Below, one piece after another: positions 62,085 to 64,000 of a stretch of DNA of 64,000 nucleotides. This stretch comes from Ostrea edulis (lineage: Eukaryota). A model generated the notes under the pieces. That model made no database searches, was not told the origin of the DNA, and saw nothing but the letters and a program-made list of their open reading frames with translations. Within the stretch, counting starts at the first letter, position 1, and each line of letters starts with the position of its first letter. Position numbers and translations under genes: made by a program. The stretch spans positions 84,630,001 through 84,694,000 of the forward strand of contig NC_079166.1 in NCBI RefSeq assembly GCF_947568905.1, given 5' to 3'.

Positions 62085-62945
62085 CACGAAAGGTGAAGAT
62101 AACGAACGGTGATCAATCCCATAACTCTAATAAGCAATACAAAATAGAGAGTTGGGAGCAGGTGCCTAGGAGGAGCAAACATTCACTGTTGACCGGTCAC
62201 ACTCACTGTGAGCCCTATGTCCTGATCAGGTAAACAGAGTGATCCGCAGTCAAAATCAATGTGCCTAGAACGACCTAACAATCGGCATAAAAGACGTCAC
62301 ACAACATTTGACCCATTGATAGATTGTATCAGCAAACTAGATTGTTATAACGACCATGGAATTTGCGAAATGCTGGCTTTAAACAATACTGTTGGAACCC
62401 CTACACCATAAACATGTTTGTCAGTAGCCGTCCTTGATTTAAAAACTGACCATAAGCAGAACAAGTTCTTGCGTATCGAATCAGTTGAGAGATGTAAACA
62501 CCACATGCAGGTGATAATGGAATATTGCTACATGGACATGGGAAATTGACGATGAAGAAGCTGAAATCATCTAGTTTGTCATAAAGTTGAGTTGCTGGCT
62601 TGCCGTTAATATCTACTTTCAATACAATACCCAAATGTGAAGCAGAAGTGGATGAATCTGTGGTGTCTTTCATTTCGAGTTCACTGGAATAGATCGAATC
62701 GAAATATGAATGAACATTGTTATTATTAATAGATAATACGTCGTTGTAATATCTTAATGTCGAATTAAAGGTCACAGTAAGAGTTTTTGAAAACATTCTG
62801 CTTCATAGGAATATAGCAAAAACAGGTCAGCTAACAAAGAAGCACAATTCGTGACATTGGGATTTCAACAGACTGTTGGTAGACTTGATCACCACAGACC
62901 ACGAATATATTGTCAATGCGGACCTCCAACATATTTTGTATTTCA
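62085..62945 (-). mobile_element. Second, more decayed copy of the same Penelope-like RT element
   Basis: ORF 62401-62796 ...LRYYNDVLSINN...QLYDKLDDF...SQLIRYART, plus the same 3' tail. Confidence 0.85.
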
Positions 62946-62946
62946 A

Positions 62947-62947
<1 letters not shown>

Positions 62948-63002
<55 letters not shown>
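62948..63002. repeat. (TA)n microsatellite at the truncated end of the Penelope-like copy
   Basis: Read directly. Confidence 0.95.
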
Positions 63003-63005
<3 letters not shown>

Positions 63006-64000
63006 CACAGAAATAGCAATGAACTCTTAAATGAACATAACTGTCCTAAGTGAAGAAATATTTAATATAAAGCACAGAAATTTCACTTTATATGGATGCC
63101 CACTTCCGCCCCTACCCGGGGTTGAACTCACGACATGCGGAACCAAATATCCTAGCAGCGCGTAACCAACACGCTAGACCGCTCGCCCATCTAGGCAAGA
63201 CAAAAAACTTGCTTTCGATGACGATGGAATTCTCGCCACGTTGTCTCACGCTACACGGTCATTGAGAATGGAAATGGGATACAGTTATTCAACGTACATT
63301 TAAGAGGATCATACATGATACGCATTGCATTCGAAGTATTTTATATATAAAGCACAGAATTAGCAATGAACAATGTTGTTGTACAATGTTTGTACAATGT
63401 TGTTTTCGGTGAAGGGGGGGGGGGGGGTATTAATTGGAGATAAAATTTGAAAATTCAATTCTTTTTACAGTAAGAATAGTATTATTCATTATTATTATTT
63501 TTTTATCTTTATTAATATTTTTCATGGTAGATTAATGATTTTAAAATATATATCAAATGGTGAATTCTTTGGATGACTTCCCGCTTTCTCTGTAATTTCT
63601 GCTTCCTTTGTTCATGATAAATCTTTTATTTTGCAAAATACTGACCCCCTCATAACCGTATTCCACACACTATTTTCCGTTTTCCGTTCCGTTCCGTTTT
63701 CTGTTTCATTTTCCGTTCCGCATTTTAGCAACTCCCGCTTCCCATCTATTACTGACCTCAATTAAAAATTTTGACCTATACATATTGTTCCTCCCATGGG
63801 TCTGCGCCGTCCTTTACACAAATACAAGCCAAGTCGACCATTACGGTCAGAATCGAAGTCGCGACTTGGGGTGTCAAAGATCAGAATATAAAGGTACGGA
63901 CAACGTCAGCTCAGCCGGGCAGCAGTGCATCTCTGGAATAACCTTTCAGAGGACATCTAGATGTCAACATCTCTTGAAGTTTTCAAGAAAAACAAACCTT

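Overview
AT-rich eukaryotic DNA, most likely an oyster (Ostreidae), judged from Cg170-like satellite arrays inside Helentron-type non-autonomous elements, bivalve-type SINEs and an oyster-type Cys-rich gene. Left half (157-25067, minus strand): 14 well-supported exons plus 1 putative exon of an ASK-family MAP3K (MAP3K5/MAP3K15-like). This copy has an in-frame TAG in kinase subdomain XI and several substitutions at conserved kinase positions. I found no exons upstream of the HRD exon, whereas all C-terminal exons are open. Its introns are packed with minisatellites, some built from the splice junctions themselves. Right half: mostly transposon-derived (Penelope-like RT and GIY-YIG relics, Merlin, Kolobok-like, Harbinger-like, HINEs, SINEs), plus three exons of a Cys-rich extracellular-domain gene at 54084-54851 (+). 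The most notable non-coding signal is a dispersed ~347-nt repeat carrying a minimal type I hammerhead ribozyme, present once as a tandem pair (34793-35183) with a retrozyme-like layout. All calls were made by eye; no database searches were run.
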